IMG/VR virus record: IMGVR_UViG_3300034410_000162
Span: 1-25,756 of that record
Length of the DNA stretch: 25,756 nt
Reading direction: 5' to 3' (one strand)
Source: a virus
Taxonomy: Duplodnaviria; Caudoviricetes
Below are positions 23,850 through 25,756 of this stretch, piece by piece. Made by a program: the position numbers and the translations under genes. The number at the start of each line of letters is the position of its first letter. The first letter of the stretch is position 1. The notes below the pieces were generated by a model. That model was not told where the DNA came from and ran no database searches. It saw only the letters and a list, made by a program, of their open reading frames with translations.

Positions 23850-25756
23850 ATGGCCAAAAGTAGTTTCTTCAAAGATGGCGGTGCCGACTCTGGAACCTTT
23901 GCAAGCCTCGACTCAAAGCTTGCGGCTGCAGAGGCCAGTAAGGTAGCAGCCGAAGCTGCAAAGGTAGCAGCCGAGCAAGCTGAGACAGATGCCCAGACCG
24001 CAGAAGCCAATGCACTTAGTCACGCCAATACTGCCTTGCAAAACCAACAGTCTACGTCTGCACACGTCACACAAACGACTAACAACGCTACAGGCGCACA
24101 ACAATCTGCGACAGCAGCACAGAGTAGTGAAGACGATGCTAGAAAGCTCGCAGTAGAGCCTGAGGACAGTCAGTATGCCTTAAGTAACGGAACGATTGGA
24201 TACTCCGCGTTACACTACAGCGAGAAAGCCGACGATAGTGCTGTATCTGCAGCAGCAAGTGTAGTTACAGCAGCCGGACACGTCTCGACCGCATCTGGAC
24301 ACGCTACAACAGCCGGTGGACACGCCTCTACAGCGTCAGGACACGCTGCCACCGCTACCACAAAAGCAACTGATGCCACCGCATCTGCCGCAGCAGCTTT
24401 GCAAAGTGAGCAGAATGCAGCCCAATCGGAAACCAATGCAGCTCAGTCAGCAAACACTGCTTCTGGGCATGAGGCCAATGCCTCAACAAGCGAGAATAAC
24501 TCGGCGAACAGCGCACAAGCAGCAGGTAGCAGTGCTTCGGCGGCGACCACTTCAGCTAACACTGCCTCAGGCCACGCGACCAATGCAGGTAATTCAGCTA
24601 CGGCATCCGCTAACTCTGCTACTGCATCCTCAAACTCAGCCGGTTCTGCCGCATCATCTCAGACTGCCGCAGAGGCAGCTCGTGACAGCGCACTGGCTGC
24701 TCTCGACAGCTTCGATGACAGATACTTAGGTGTGAAATCATCAGACCCCACTTTGGACAATGACGGAAACAGCCTCGTAAGTGGAGCCCTTTATTTCTCA
24801 TCCGCTGACACATCAATGAAAGTCTACGACGGGTCTCAGTGGTTGAACGCCTATGCATCACTGTCAGGCGCATTGGTTGCCAACCAGAACCTGAGCGACC
24901 TTAACAACGCCGGTACAGCTCGTACTAACTTAGGCCTGGCCTCAGTGGCCGCATCGGGTGCCTATGGTGACCTGACCGGCGCACCTAGCTTGAGCAGCTA
25001 TATTACCAATAACGTAAGCGGCGACTTCACTGTCGATAGCGGAACACTATTCGTGGACGCTGCTACAAACCGCGTTGGTATCAACCTTGGCTCAGGTGTA
25101 AGCCCGACAGTGCCGTTAAATGTTGCAGGGACAGCTAGGTTTCAAAGTACGACCAGTGCTGGGCAAATGCTCGAGCTGACTAATTACAGCGGTTTTTCTA
25201 AGTTCTATCGATCAAATGGTCGTTTAGAGTTTCAAGCTGGCAACAATAGCAATGATCAATTGATCCTTGGCAACACGGGTGGTTTGACCTTTGGTGGCAA
25301 CGATGTTCTGACATCTGCCAGTACAATCGACGCAGCCACACTTGATGGTATTGATAGCACCAGCTTCTTGCGTAGTGATGCTGATGACTCAGTTTCAGCT
25401 AACATTTCTTTTGGCGACAACAACAAAGCCATCTTCGGTGCTGGCTCTGACTTGAAGATTTATCATGATGGGTCGAATAGCTACATTGTTGATAACGGCA
25501 CAGGTGATTTGCTTATTCGTGCAGAAAACAATCTATTTCTAAAGCGAACAAACAGTGATGAAACATATTTTTCTGGCGCAGTAAATGGTGCTGTAACGCT
25601 GTTTCATAACAACAATCCAAAATTAGCAACAGCGATTTCAGGCATCGATGTTAATGGCAATATCAATCTTGGCGATGCTGGTAAGGCCATCTTCGGTGCT
25701 GGCTCTGACTTGCAGATTTATCACGATGGTTTTCATGCAAGGCTAAGGGAAACTAC
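23850..25756 (+). CDS. Long tail fibre protein (3'-truncated by the window; absent from the ORF track)
   Basis: GAGGAG SD, ATG 23850, frame open to the window end. Ala/Ser/Thr heptad stalk, then FDDRYLG..DPTLDNDGN..GALYF, NLSDL..ARTNLGL, DAATLDGIDSTSFLRSD and two KAIFGAGSDLxIYHDG repeats. Confidence 0.9.
   Translation, partial: MAKSSFFKDGGADSGTFASLDSKLAAAEASKVAAEAAKVAAEQAETDAQTAEANALSHANTALQNQQSTSAHVTQTTNNATGAQQSATAAQSSEDDARKLAVEPEDSQYALSNGTIGYSALHYSEKADDSAVSAAASVVTAAGHVSTASGHATTAGGHASTASGHAATATTKATDATASAAAALQSEQNAAQSETNAAQSANTASGHEANASTSENNSANSAQAAGSSASAATTSANTASGHATNAGNSATASANSATASSNSAGSAASSQTAAEAARDSALAALDSFDDRYLGVKSSDPTLDNDGNSLVSGALYFSSADTSMKVYDGSQWLNAYASLSGALVANQNLSDLNNAGTARTNLGLASVAASGAYGDLTGAPSLSSYITNNVSGDFTVDSGTLFVDAATNRVGINLGSGVSPTVPLNVAGTARFQSTTSAGQMLELTNYSGFSKFYRSNGRLEFQAGNNSNDQLILGNTGGLTFGGNDVLTSASTIDAATLDGIDSTSFLRSDADDSVSANISFGDNNKAIFGAGSDLKIYHDGSNSYIVDNGTGDLLIRAENNLFLKRTNSDETYFSGAVNGAVTLFHNNNPKLATAISGIDVNGNINLGDAGKAIFGAGSDLQIYHDGFHARLRET
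25428..25729 (+). repeat. 44-bp direct repeat within the tail fibre gene
   Basis: GCCATCTTCGGTGCTGGCTCTGACTTG(A/C)AGATTTATCA(T/C)GATGG at 25428-25471 and 25686-25729. 42/44 identical, 258 nt apart. Confidence 0.92.

Noticed and set aside
25428-25729. Repeat pair as a DGR template/variable repeat
   Set aside because: Both copies are in-frame within one gene, only 44 bp long, the differences are not adenine-specific, and no reverse transcriptase is in the window.

Overview
A 25.8 kb segment of a podovirus-type dsDNA phage (or prophage), with every credible gene on the + strand. 1-5000 is a T7-like replication block: family A DNA polymerase, a T7 gp5.7-like protein, gp6-like exonuclease, DUF3310 protein and a class II ribonucleotide reductase. 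5001-5650 is non-coding and dense in cis-elements: a long hairpin, a T7-promoter-like site, helically phased hexamer repeats, an IHF-consensus box and a terminator-like hairpin. It may be a packaging/terminus or origin region. 5651-25756 is a non-T7 morphogenesis block in the order short fibre, nozzle, cupin, three ejection proteins, TerS, TerL, portal, scaffold, DUF5309/SU10-type capsid, adaptor, long fibre (truncated by the window). The most notable observation is that the 1588-aa ejection protein carries an OGG1/EndoIII-like HhH DNA glycosylase domain with apparently intact catalytic residues, followed by an HExxH metallopeptidase. Two related stem-loops with anti-Shine-Dalgarno-like loops follow the RNR and capsid genes. 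All family calls come from motif recognition by eye; no searches were run.
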